Below, one piece after another: positions 25,307 through 35,119 of a stretch of DNA of 64,000 nt (its first letter is position 1; each line of letters begins with the position of its first letter). The notes below the pieces were generated by a model. It worked only from the letters and a program-made list of their open reading frames with translations, was not told the DNA's origin and ran no database searches. A program made the translations under genes and the position numbers. Where the stretch lies: positions 204,740 through 268,739 of the IMG/VR virus record IMGVR_UViG_3300032296_003307; one strand, written 5' to 3'.

Positions 25307-27124
25307 ATGAGCGATAATTTAACAATATGGCAAAGGCTGAGTCAGACATTTGGTCCTGATTCACTTCTTGGTCAAGATTCACCAGTATACAAATACGATA
25401 AGAAAGAATTACTTAGAACTACAGATAGAGCTCAATATGAGTTAGAAAAACTACAGGCACAACAAACTGCGTTTCTATCTAATCAATGGGCGAAGATTGA
25501 AAACAATCTGTATCAACAAGCCGTATATTACGAACCAACAAGACTTTCTGCGTTTTATGACTACGAAAGTATGGAATATACTCCTGAAATTTCTGCGGCG
25601 TTAGATGCGTACGCCGAAGAATCTACTACTGTAGATGAAGATGGTTACATGTTACAGATTTATTCCGAATCAAAAAGAATAAAATCAATATTAACCGATT
25701 TGTTTAACAATGTAATGGACATTAACACCAACTTACCTATGTGGACAAGAAACACATGTAAGTATGGTGATAATTTTGTGTTCTTAAAATTGGACCCTGA
25801 AAAAGGAATTGTGGGTTGTTTCCAACTACCTAATATTGAAATGGAGCGTATTGAGAGAGGTATGACACCACAAACAGTGGCAACCGCAGAGAACGAACAA
25901 AAAGCCCTTAAGTTTGCGTGGAAGAACAAACAAATGGAATACCAATCTTGGGAGGTTGCTCACTTCCGTTTATTGGGTGACGATAGAAGATTGCCTTACG
26001 GAACATCTATGTTGGAAAAAGGAAGAAGAACATGGAAACAGTTAGTATTGGCTGAGGACGCAATGTTAATTTACAGAACATCAAGAGCACCTGAAAGACG
26101 TGTATTCAAGGTTTACGTTGGTAACATGGATGACAAAGACGTTCAACCATATGTTCAAAAATTTGCAAACAACTTTAAAAGAGACCAAGTTACCGATTCA
26201 AAAACAGGTAACGTAGACATGAGATTTAACCAAATGGCGGTTGACCAAGATTATTTTGTACCTGTACGTGACCCTGCCGCGCCAAGTCCAATCGATACTT
26301 TACCAGGAGCGCAGAACTTGGCAGAAATTGCTGATATTGAATACATTCAGAAAAAATTATTAACCGCATTAAGAATTCCTAAAGCGTTTTTAGGTTTTGA
26401 AGAAGTTGTGGGTGACGGTAAGAATTTGTCTTTGTTAGATATTCGTTTTGCTCGTACAATTAACAGAATACAAAAATCCATGATTGCAGAACTTAATAAA
26501 ATAGCAATTATACATTTATTCTTGTTAGGGTTCGAAGATGAATTAGGTAACTTTACTTTAGGGTTGACAAACCCATCTAAACAGGCAGACTTGTTAGCGA
26601 TTGATGTTTGGAAAGAAAAAATGTTACTTTATAAAGATGCGGTAACACCAATTGAAGGTATTGCACCAACATCACAATCTTGGGCTAAAAAACATATACT
26701 TGGTTTTTCTGACGATGAGATAAAATTAGATTTACAACAACAAAGATTAGAAAAGGCAGTTTCTGCTGAACTCACAAATACCGCAACTGCAATTCCAAAA
26801 ACAGGTTTATTTGATAATGTTGACAAACTGTACGGTCAACTTAGCGGTAAAACAGGTGGAGCGGTTCCAACACCGGGAGCGGAATTAGGTGGAGCACCTC
26901 CTGATTTAGGTGGCGGAGCACCACCACCACCTCCGCCTCCACCTCCTCCTGGTGGTGAGGAACTTGCTGCGGGTGGCGGAACGTTACCCGAAGAGAAAAT
27001 GGATAAAATAAACATTCTATTGGAAGGAGACTTTTTGACCCCAAATGATTTCTTAGATTTGGGTAAAGCTAAAAATTCTCTGAATGAAATGGATGACGAA
27101 TTAAACAGAATATTAAAATCGTAA
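25307..27124 (+). CDS. Portal protein (T4 gp20-like)
   Basis: LAEDAMLIYRTSRAPERRVFKVYVGNM, DYFVP, IDTLPG and ALRIP are gp20 motifs. Confidence 0.95.
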   Translation: MSDNLTIWQRLSQTFGPDSLLGQDSPVYKYDKKELLRTTDRAQYELEKLQAQQTAFLSNQWAKIENNLYQQAVYYEPTRLSAFYDYESMEYTPEISAALDAYAEESTTVDEDGYMLQIYSESKRIKSILTDLFNNVMDINTNLPMWTRNTCKYGDNFVFLKLDPEKGIVGCFQLPNIEMERIERGMTPQTVATAENEQKALKFAWKNKQMEYQSWEVAHFRLLGDDRRLPYGTSMLEKGRRTWKQLVLAEDAMLIYRTSRAPERRVFKVYVGNMDDKDVQPYVQKFANNFKRDQVTDSKTGNVDMRFNQMAVDQDYFVPVRDPAAPSPIDTLPGAQNLAEIADIEYIQKKLLTALRIPKAFLGFEEVVGDGKNLSLLDIRFARTINRIQKSMIAELNKIAIIHLFLLGFEDELGNFTLGLTNPSKQADLLAIDVWKEKMLLYKDAVTPIEGIAPTSQSWAKKHILGFSDDEIKLDLQQQRLEKAVSAELTNTATAIPKTGLFDNVDKLYGQLSGKTGGAVPTPGAELGGAPPDLGGGAPPPPPPPPPPGGEELAAGGGTLPEEKMDKINILLEGDFLTPNDFLDLGKAKNSLNEMDDELNRILKS

Positions 27125-27135
27125 TATTTATTATC

Positions 27136-27843
27136 ATGAACTTCGGAGAAAAATTTAGTAAAATAGAGTTTTTGTTGTCAGAATCTTACGTTAACAAAAA
27201 CTTAAAAAATGATATCAAAAAATTCCAAAAATTAGTTTTGGAAAATAAAAACGTTGCAAAAATGTATTTTTTGTATTCGGAGCTATCTAAACAACAAGGA
27301 TTTGATAAGAATTTTGCTGAAGATTTTATTACGGAATCTCTTTCACAAATTAAAGATTTATCATCTAAAACAAACTTCAAATCAATCAATCCTTGGATTT
27401 CTAAAGTTGTTTGTGAGAATAGATATTCTGATATAGATAATTTGATAAACAATGACCCTCTGAAATTAAAAGAAAAAATATTAGCAAAATCAAAAATAGT
27501 TGAGTCGTTGACCAAAAAATCAATTCAAAAAGAAAGTGTTAATATTCCTTTAAGTTCAGTTGAGGTTATCAGAAAAAATGTGGTAAAAAACTATATCGAT
27601 TCATTAGATGAATCCACTCAGAATAGTTTAAAAAATCTTTTATCTAAAGACGACAAAGAATTAAAAAATTTATTTGAAGATGTTAAGTCAAAAACTTTAG
27701 ATAAATTAATGGTCGTTTCTGAAGGTAACCACGACGAACTTACCAAGAACAAAATCAACGAAACTATTACGCATGTTAAGAAAGAAGAGTACAACAAATT
27801 CAACTACGTTAGATTAAAGAATCTATACGAAAATTTAGGTTGA
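27136..27843 (+). CDS. Hypothetical protein (head module)
   Basis: 235 aa; TATTTAT at 27125-27131. Confidence 0.75.
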   Translation: MNFGEKFSKIEFLLSESYVNKNLKNDIKKFQKLVLENKNVAKMYFLYSELSKQQGFDKNFAEDFITESLSQIKDLSSKTNFKSINPWISKVVCENRYSDIDNLINNDPLKLKEKILAKSKIVESLTKKSIQKESVNIPLSSVEVIRKNVVKNYIDSLDESTQNSLKNLLSKDDKELKNLFEDVKSKTLDKLMVVSEGNHDELTKNKINETITHVKKEEYNKFNYVRLKNLYENLG

Positions 27844-28032
27844 TTAGTCGTTACTCTGTTTTGATTGTTTGTATTTCGCCTTTTTCATTTTTTCACGTTT
27901 CAAGGTCGTCTTTTTAACGTATTCTGTACGTTTTCTCAACTCCTCATTTTGTTTGGTTTTAATAACCTTACCTTTTAACGTTTTTAAGGCTTTTTCTAAA
28001 TTAGTGTTTTTGTCTATGTTTACTACTAGCAT
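27844..28032 (-). CDS. rpsU: Ribosomal protein bS21 (Bacteroidota type)
   Basis: MLVV..NLEKALKTLKGKV.KTK..EELRKR.EYVK.T..KR...KKAKYKQ matches the bS21 pattern. Confidence 0.9.
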   Translation of the reverse strand: MLVVNIDKNTNLEKALKTLKGKVIKTKQNEELRKRTEYVKKTTLKREKMKKAKYKQSKQSND

Positions 28033-28129
28033 ATATACTAAATAATACGAAAAGTGGAAAAAGTTTGACTGATGAATATACTATGTGTATATTTTTAAAA
28101 AATAAACTTTTCTATTATGATATTTTTTA

Positions 28130-28573
28130 ATGAAAAAAGGCAAAACAGCAAAAATAATAGGTTTTGAATCTATTAAAGTTATTTATGGTACAGTTGATTC
28201 GAAAAACCTAAAATCCGTTTATCTAAACATTCAAACATGGGCAAATCCAATACAGACATCAGAAAATTGGGACAGAGTTGTAGCGAATTTAAGTAGAAAC
28301 ATAAAATTAAACATTTCAGATATTTTAGATACAACATTATTTAATACAAATTTTATTGTTGATTTAGATTTAAGAACAAGCGGAATACAAACAGGTAAAA
28401 AAAGTTTTACAAATTTAGAGGTTACTTTTTTCTTAAATAAAGAAATTGATTTTAAATCTACAGAACTAAAAGACAAATTAAAAAAATTGACAAAATACAT
28501 TTATCAAGAAAATTTAAAGAAAAACACTCACTTTGATTTTACTATTTCTAAATCCGAAAAACAAACAATTTAA
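28130..28573 (+). CDS. Hypothetical protein
   Basis: 147 aa, divergent from bS21. Confidence 0.75.
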   Translation: MKKGKTAKIIGFESIKVIYGTVDSKNLKSVYLNIQTWANPIQTSENWDRVVANLSRNIKLNISDILDTTLFNTNFIVDLDLRTSGIQTGKKSFTNLEVTFFLNKEIDFKSTELKDKLKKLTKYIYQENLKKNTHFDFTISKSEKQTI

Positions 28574-28601
28574 TCTTCCATTATATTTATAACTAAAAGT
28601 T

Positions 28602-29312
28602 ATGAAGATTTTAGGACCAAACGATACGGGGCGTGGTATTTTGATTGAGTACGATGCGGGATACATTTCCCCAACCGAAAAACACAACCTTCATTTGATG
28701 GAGCAAATGAAGAAGGACATGTTAGATTATTCAAAACCATTTGAATTCTATGCCGTACTACAAAAATACAACACACCAAATAGAAACGGAAGAATATATC
28801 CTGAAAGGATTTTGAAAAGAGAATCGGAAAATTATAAAAAGATGATTCAAAAAGGTACCTCTTTATCAGAGTTGAACCACCCTGAATCATCTTTAATTGA
28901 TTTGGACCGTGTATCACACATTATCACTGACATTTGGTGGGATGGTATAATTTTGATGGGTAAATTAAAATTATTGACTTCGCCAGGTTTTCATGAAAGA
29001 GGTATTGTTTCAACCAAGGGAGACCAAGCGGCTAACTTACTAAGACAGGGGGTTACTTTAGGTATTTCTTCTCGTGGAGTTGGTTCGTTAAAAAAAGTAG
29101 GTGAAAGAAATGAAGTGCAAGACGATTTTGAATTAATTTGTTTTGATTTAGTATCGTCACCGTCTACACCTGGCGCGTATCTATTCTTGGACCCAAAAGA
29201 AAGAAGTAATTTTGAAGAAAATTTGGAAGAAGAAATACAAAGGAAATCGCAAGGCTCAATTGATAAATCAGTTGACTTAATGAAGAAATTAACCGATTAT
29301 TTATCAAAATAA
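28602..29312 (+). CDS. Prohead core protease (T4 gp21-like)
   Basis: NRNGRIYP, ELNHP, VSH, GISSRGVGS and FDLVSSPSTPGA motifs. Confidence 0.95.
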   Translation: MKILGPNDTGRGILIEYDAGYISPTEKHNLHLMEQMKKDMLDYSKPFEFYAVLQKYNTPNRNGRIYPERILKRESENYKKMIQKGTSLSELNHPESSLIDLDRVSHIITDIWWDGIILMGKLKLLTSPGFHERGIVSTKGDQAANLLRQGVTLGISSRGVGSLKKVGERNEVQDDFELICFDLVSSPSTPGAYLFLDPKERSNFEENLEEEIQRKSQGSIDKSVDLMKKLTDYLSK

Positions 29313-29322
29313 ATTAATTGAC

Positions 29323-29535
29323 ATGGACGAAAAATATTTTGTAGCAAAAATCACTTATGATTTACCCGATGAAGAATCAGGAAAGATTAAAAAAATTAGA
29401 GAAGAAAAACTCGTTAAAGCATTCTCTGTTACTGATGTAGAAGCTAAAGTAACAAGTAGATACCAAGGGTTTCAACACGATTGGAGAATAACATCGGTAT
29501 CTGAAAGTAAAATTGACGAAGTGATAGAAGCGTAA
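29323..29535 (+). CDS. DUF4494-like small protein
   Basis: YFVAKITY...KKIREEKLVKAFSVTDVEAKV...ITSVSESKIDEV resembles Bacteroidota DUF4494 (from recall). Confidence 0.6.
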   Translation: MDEKYFVAKITYDLPDEESGKIKKIREEKLVKAFSVTDVEAKVTSRYQGFQHDWRITSVSESKIDEVIEA

Positions 29536-29537
29536 TC

Positions 29538-29563
29538 AAAACCCCTCGAATCGAGGGGTTTTT
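29538..29563 (+). terminator. Intrinsic terminator
   Basis: AAAACCCCTCGA-A-TCGAGGGGTTTT inverted repeat with a T-run. Confidence 0.8.
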
Positions 29564-29646
29564 TGTTTTTATTGGGTTCTTAAATCAAAGAATCTAACTT
29601 TTTTCAAGTTGGGGTATATTTATTATATACAATTTAATAACTTGAA

Positions 29647-31290
29647 ATGACTGAAAAAGATTTAGTTCAGGAAGCATTACAACAAATGAAAAATTTGGAG
29701 GACGTAGTGCAAGAAAATGCAAAAGGAATACTTGGAGCAACAATGGCTCAAGAAATCTCAGAATTAGTAAAAGAGTCTTTAATTAAAGAGACTAAGAAAA
29801 AAGAGTCAATGGAACAGGATGAAGACGAAATGCCTGATGACACGGATGACATGGATGACACTATGGATTCATTATCACCTGAAGGTGACGATGATGATTT
29901 AGGTGCTGATGATGACGACGTAGATTCGATGGGAATGTCACCTGATTCGATGATGGAACCAGAAGATGATGATGTAATTGACGCAACAGGATTAGACGGC
30001 GAAAAACTTTGGAACTTATTTAAGAAAATCGACCCTAACAAAGACCAAATTTTAGTTCAAAATGATGGTGACAACATTCACATTAAAGATGATGAAAACG
30101 ATGTTGAATACATCCTTAGAATGAACGAAAGTTATGACGATGTTTATGAAGATGATTATTCTAATGTAGATGATATTTATTCTGAAGTATTCAACGAAGA
30201 CATGGGATATGATTTAGAAGAAGATGAAGACGGAATGGGTATTGAAGATGCCAATGTTGATATATTCAGCGAAGACATGGGATATGACCCCGAAGATTCA
30301 GAAACCGTTTACGAAATCACTATGGACGAAGAAATGGACGAGGAAATGGATGAAGACATGGGTTATGACTCAGGTGAGTTTGATGAAACCATCTATGAAA
30401 TTACCATGGACGAAGAAATGGACGAAGAAATGTACGAAGAAATGGATGAGGAAATGGACGAGGAAATGGACGAAATGTACCACGATGATGTCAATGAAGC
30501 AAAATACATGATAAAACCTGTTATGGGTAAAATGAAGAATAAGGGCGAAGCTAAAGAAAATAAAACCATGAAATCAGCAATGAGAGGTTTGAAGAAAGGT
30601 GAAACAAAAGAAGGTAATTATATGTCAAAACCAATAAAACCAACTAAACAAACCAAAGTTGATGGATATAAAAAAGAAACTTTACCCGAAAAAGGAATCA
30701 GTAACGTTGTAAAGAAAGAAACTAAAGAAGGGTCATTTGTAACAAAACCAAAAGGTGTTGGTATGAAACCTGGACAAAAGAAATTCGAATACAAAGAAGC
30801 TGCAAGAACTTACGGTAATGGTTCTAAAGAAGGTCGTGGTTTAAGAAAAGGAATTACACCAAATAGAAATTTTGTTTATGAAAATGAAGTTTTACAACAA
30901 GAGATTGAGACTCTAAGAGAAAAAAATGAAGAGTACAGAAAAGCACTCAACGTTTTTAGAGAAAAACTTAATGAAGTTGCGGTGTTTAATTCAAACTTAG
31001 CATACGCGACTAGGTTGTTTACAGAACATTCAACATCTAAAACTGAAAAGATTAATATTCTTAGAAGATTTGATGATGTAGAAACACTTAAAGAATCTAA
31101 ATCGTTGTATTCCGCTATTAAAAACGAGTTGTCACAAACAACAAACAATAAAGTTGTTACAGAATCTATCGAAAGAAAGATTGAAAAAACAGCATCAACA
31201 GGCTCAGCAACTAATTTGATTGAGTCTAAAACTTACGAAAATCCTCAGTTTTTAAGAATGAAAGATTTGATGGGTAAGTTACAAAAATAA
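29647..31290 (+). CDS. Prohead core/scaffolding protein (gp22-like by position)
   Basis: Located between protease and MCP; highly acidic (EMDE)n repeats and a C-terminal coiled coil. Confidence 0.75.
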   Translation: MTEKDLVQEALQQMKNLEDVVQENAKGILGATMAQEISELVKESLIKETKKKESMEQDEDEMPDDTDDMDDTMDSLSPEGDDDDLGADDDDVDSMGMSPDSMMEPEDDDVIDATGLDGEKLWNLFKKIDPNKDQILVQNDGDNIHIKDDENDVEYILRMNESYDDVYEDDYSNVDDIYSEVFNEDMGYDLEEDEDGMGIEDANVDIFSEDMGYDPEDSETVYEITMDEEMDEEMDEDMGYDSGEFDETIYEITMDEEMDEEMYEEMDEEMDEEMDEMYHDDVNEAKYMIKPVMGKMKNKGEAKENKTMKSAMRGLKKGETKEGNYMSKPIKPTKQTKVDGYKKETLPEKGISNVVKKETKEGSFVTKPKGVGMKPGQKKFEYKEAARTYGNGSKEGRGLRKGITPNRNFVYENEVLQQEIETLREKNEEYRKALNVFREKLNEVAVFNSNLAYATRLFTEHSTSKTEKINILRRFDDVETLKESKSLYSAIKNELSQTTNNKVVTESIERKIEKTASTGSATNLIESKTYENPQFLRMKDLMGKLQK

Positions 31291-31324
31291 AAAAAATAAA
31301 CATAAAAATTAAATAAAAATAAAA

Positions 31325-33208
31325 ATGGGAGCATTATTAGATTCAGGTCTTGTAGGTAACATTGGTCTTAAGCATCTTAAGGTTATCAAAGAAGACACTA
31401 TTAACAAATGGGATAAACTAGGTTTCTTAGAAGGTCTAAGAGGTCACTTAAAAGAAAATGTTGCGCAGTTGTACGAAAACCAAGCGTCTTTCTTAATTAA
31501 CGAAGCGGCTTCAACCACAGATTCAGGTTCTTTTGAAACAGTTGTATTCCCAATCGTGAGAAGAGTATTCTCTAAACTTTTGGCTAACGACATCGTTTCT
31601 GTACAAGCAATGAACTTACCTATCGGTAAATTGTTCTACTTTGTACCTAAAATTCAAGGTTACTCAGGTGGTACTTTGACATCTCCAGCATGGGGTGATG
31701 CACAATCAGGTCAGCACTACGCACCAATGGGGTCTCCAGGAAACTACCCAGGTAATCCTGATTCAGGTTATTTGGCGGCAGACAGCACAGGTGACTACAA
31801 TCCTTACTACAAGAAAAATCTTTACGATTTATTCTATGAAGGTAACGAAGCTGACTTGGACCCTCCAGGGTTGTTTGACTACTCTAAAGGTAGATGGTCC
31901 GCAATCACTTCAACTACTTTGACTCAGAGATGGGTTGGTAGCAACTTAGTTGATTGGGGTGTAAGTGCTAGCACAGAATATAGAAAAATTATTCTTAAGA
32001 TGTGTGGATTTGCTGATACAGGCGCAGGTAAATTAATCGGTCCTAACGGTAACGAAATGGACACTGAAGAATTCTTGGCTAGTTTACAAATCAGAACTTT
32101 GAAATCTGCAGGTTCTTCAGGAACAGGTTCTTTCTCAGGTCTTTCTATGTCAGACATCAATGGTGTTTCTAACCCATTGTTATTCAGAGTTGTAACTCAA
32201 ATCTACGGTCAAGGTATTGTACAGTACGGAGGTTACGCATCAACTTCATGGGCTTCTACAGGTTCAGGTGGAAAATTCTGGAATACTTGTGACGCTAACG
32301 GTTGTATTTACTTGGAAGTTGATTTACAACAACCAGTATGTATTGATTGTGCAACTAACTCACTTGATGGTTACTCAGGTTACACTACAGGTGGTGAAGG
32401 GTTAGCACCTGACGCTTCATTCTTCGCAGTATTTAGAAGATATGAAGAGTTAGAATTTGAAGATAAAATTGGTGAAGTTTCTTTTGATTTGGAATCTGTA
32501 ACAGTTTCCGTAACTGAAAGAAAATTGAGAGCTCAGTGGTCTCCTGAATTAGCACAGGACGTTGCAGCATTCCATAACATCGACGCTGAGGCTGAATTAA
32601 CAGCTTTATTGTCAGAACAAATCGCGGCTGAAATCGACAGAGAAATCTTAAGAGATTTGAGAAAAGGTGCGGCTTGGAACTTAAGATGGGATTACAACGG
32701 ATGGAAGAGACTTTCTCAGACTACATCATACACACAAAAAGATTGGAACCAAACTTTGATTACCGCAGTTAACCAAATCTCAGCACAGATTCACAAATCT
32801 ACTTTGAGAGGTGGAGCTAACTGGATTGTTGTGTCTTCTGAAATTAGTGCAATTTTTGATGATTTGGAATACTTCCACGTGTCAAACGCAGCACCTGAAC
32901 AGGACCAATATAACATGGGTATTGAAAGAGTAGGTACTTTGGCAGGTAGATACCAAGTTTACAGAGACCCTTACTTCCCAGCTAACCAAGTGTTGTTGGG
33001 TCACAAAGGAACATCTTTGTTAGACACAGGTTACATATACGCACCATATGTACCTCTACAATTAACTCCAACAATGTATAACCCATTCAACTTCACACCT
33101 ATCAAGGGTATCATGACAAGATACGCTAAGAAGATGGTTAACAACCGTTTCTATGGTAGAATTACAGTTGACGGCGTAAGAACATTTGACTTGAGAGAAT
33201 TGAGATAA
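31325..33208 (+). CDS. Major capsid protein (T4 gp23-like)
   Basis: PIVRRVF, VSVQAMNLP, RKLRAQWSPELAQD, DAEAELT, EIDREI, YAPYVPL and P.KGIMTRY motifs. Confidence 0.97.
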   Translation: MGALLDSGLVGNIGLKHLKVIKEDTINKWDKLGFLEGLRGHLKENVAQLYENQASFLINEAASTTDSGSFETVVFPIVRRVFSKLLANDIVSVQAMNLPIGKLFYFVPKIQGYSGGTLTSPAWGDAQSGQHYAPMGSPGNYPGNPDSGYLAADSTGDYNPYYKKNLYDLFYEGNEADLDPPGLFDYSKGRWSAITSTTLTQRWVGSNLVDWGVSASTEYRKIILKMCGFADTGAGKLIGPNGNEMDTEEFLASLQIRTLKSAGSSGTGSFSGLSMSDINGVSNPLLFRVVTQIYGQGIVQYGGYASTSWASTGSGGKFWNTCDANGCIYLEVDLQQPVCIDCATNSLDGYSGYTTGGEGLAPDASFFAVFRRYEELEFEDKIGEVSFDLESVTVSVTERKLRAQWSPELAQDVAAFHNIDAEAELTALLSEQIAAEIDREILRDLRKGAAWNLRWDYNGWKRLSQTTSYTQKDWNQTLITAVNQISAQIHKSTLRGGANWIVVSSEISAIFDDLEYFHVSNAAPEQDQYNMGIERVGTLAGRYQVYRDPYFPANQVLLGHKGTSLLDTGYIYAPYVPLQLTPTMYNPFNFTPIKGIMTRYAKKMVNNRFYGRITVDGVRTFDLRELR

Positions 33209-33220
33209 TCATTCTTAACT

Positions 33221-33253
33221 TAAAAAAAGGGTCCAAAAAGGACCCTTTTTTTT
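33221..33253. terminator. Bidirectional terminator after the major capsid gene
   Basis: AAAAAAAGGGTCC-aaaaa-GGACCCTTTTTTT. Confidence 0.85.
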
Positions 33254-33492
33254 TATTCTTTTTTTTCTTCATTATCAACATTTTCTTGATAAGAAATTTT
33301 TCTAATTAATTTAGAAACAATTTCGCTTTCTATCAAAGTAAACGCACCTCGAGTAAATGAAGATTCTAACGCTTTAATTATTAAAAATCTAACTTGTTCG
33401 TCATCCATGTTATCGATTAATTTATTTAACTGAGTTGACGATTCCCAACTAATTGTATCGAATAACATATTTATATTTTTTTTATTGCTCAT
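33253..33492 (-). CDS. Small hypothetical protein
   Basis: The likely start is MSNKKNINML at 33492; the longer ORF-track call overlaps the divergent gene. Confidence 0.65.
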   Translation of the reverse strand: MSNKKNINMLFDTISWESSTQLNKLIDNMDDEQVRFLIIKALESSFTRGAFTLIESEIVSKLIRKISYQENVDNEEKKE

Positions 33493-33517
33493 AATCTGAT
33501 ATTTATTAATATAAGAA

Positions 33518-34195
33518 ATGTCTAACAAAAAAACAATATCAGAGATAACGGGCACGGGCGGTTCAGGTTCTTTCAAAATTCCTTTGAATTTGGCACCTAG
33601 AATGTGGACAAAAGAACAGATGGGTGCGTTTACAGAACCAGTATCACACTACTTAAACCCAAACGTCGCATATGATAGTTATGACGGGACATTAAAAATG
33701 AGTAAACAGGAAATAAACAAACAAGAAAAAAAGGCTAAAAAAATGGCTAATTTTATGAAAAAAATTGAAAACGAGTTACCAAAGGGGACTCCTAAGTACA
33801 TACAAACCCAAGCTAATTTACCCAAAGACGAATATAAACCCGTACTACAAGAAGATTTAGCGGTTTGGTTCGGTAAAAAGAAAAAAGGTAAAGGTAGCTC
33901 CCAACCACAAGGACCATGGGTTAATATTTGTAGAAAAAAAGAAGGCGGTGGTCATCCACCTTGTGGCAGACCAGATGCCGACCCTAAAGGATACCCAAAG
34001 TGTAGAGCTGCCGGAGTGGCGGCAAAAATGACAGATTCGCAAAAAAAATCCGCATGTGCTCAAAAAAGAAGAGAAGAAAAAAAGGACACACAATCAGGTA
34101 AAGGTCAAAAACCGGTTATGACCTCATACAAACCTAAAAATGAATCTTTAAGAGAAATTATTGTTTCTATTCTTAGAGAAGAAACTTCTATTTAA
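33518..34195 (+). CDS. Hypothetical protein with a Cys-containing basic C-terminal module
   Basis: WF...WVNIC...PCGR...YPKCR...CAQKR; TATTTAT at 33500-33506. Confidence 0.7.
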   Translation: MSNKKTISEITGTGGSGSFKIPLNLAPRMWTKEQMGAFTEPVSHYLNPNVAYDSYDGTLKMSKQEINKQEKKAKKMANFMKKIENELPKGTPKYIQTQANLPKDEYKPVLQEDLAVWFGKKKKGKGSSQPQGPWVNICRKKEGGGHPPCGRPDADPKGYPKCRAAGVAAKMTDSQKKSACAQKRREEKKDTQSGKGQKPVMTSYKPKNESLREIIVSILREETSI

Positions 34196-34598
34196 TATTA
34201 TCCGAAATAGTTTTAAGTGAGTGCTTAATGTTTGAAGTTATTTCGCTTTCAAATTTTTGTCTTCTTGTTTCTAACTCCGTATTAAATAAATTAGTAACCA
34301 CCTCTATACCTTTTCCTTCTATTACTAAAGAATAACTATAAACGTGATTAATTATGTTTACATGCCTACCCTCAATAATTACATATATATCTAATTCATC
34401 ATTTCTTATATACCTTTTGTTTGATAAGGGCGTTATTAATAACGTAGTTTGTTCTAATGGTATTAGTTTTTTACATATTTCAACACATTGACGTTCGTGT
34501 TGACTTTTAACCAATCTTGTTGGGTCACTAATTTTGTGTAGTTTAATCCCTTGTTTCTGTACAAACCTTTTTAGTTTGTGAAGTATATTTCTTGACAT
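34188..34598 (-). CDS. Hypothetical protein
   Basis: 136 aa; host-type TACATTTG at 34617-34610. Confidence 0.7.
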   Translation of the reverse strand: MSRNILHKLKRFVQKQGIKLHKISDPTRLVKSQHERQCVEICKKLIPLEQTTLLITPLSNKRYIRNDELDIYVIIEGRHVNIINHVYSYSLVIEGKGIEVVTNLFNTELETRRQKFESEITSNIKHSLKTISDNIK

Positions 34599-34639
34599 AT
34601 GTTTAAAAACAAATGTAAATATAAGATAAAAAAATTAGA

Positions 34640-35119
34640 TTAACAATATGTACCTGAACATCTTTTTTTTCCATCTAAACCAGGCATTTTTCCTTTACAT
34701 ACTTGAACCGCATATCCGTTTGCGTAAGCCGAAGGGTATACGTCAAATTTGGCTTTAGCTGCAGATTTACCTCTTGCACATAACTTAGTGCCTGTTTTTT
34801 TTCTACCCTCAGTCATAGTATCAATCATTTGGTCATCCATTTCTTCATCATCGGAACCTTCCGTTTCATTCATTAAAAAATCAAATACTTGGTCCATATT
34901 GTTTTTTGCTTCGGCAATATGGTCTTGAGCCCAATCATGACCATTATCTAAAATACCTTCAATTACGGATTTATCCATATCAAGAAGTATTTCGCACTGT
35001 CTTTTCATTTGTTCTAAATTGGAAAAAAACATATACCTGTTTGATTCTACACCACCACCTTCATTAAGAAGTTTATTTATTATTCTTTTTAAATCGTTTT
35101 CTGATAATTTTGTTCTCAT
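34640..35119 (-). CDS. Hypothetical protein (C-terminal CARG...YPSAYANG...C motif)
   Basis: 159-aa ORF overlapping the upstream stop. Confidence 0.7.
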   Translation of the reverse strand: MRTKLSENDLKRIINKLLNEGGGVESNRYMFFSNLEQMKRQCEILLDMDKSVIEGILDNGHDWAQDHIAEAKNNMDQVFDFLMNETEGSDDEEMDDQMIDTMTEGRKKTGTKLCARGKSAAKAKFDVYPSAYANGYAVQVCKGKMPGLDGKKRCSGTYC

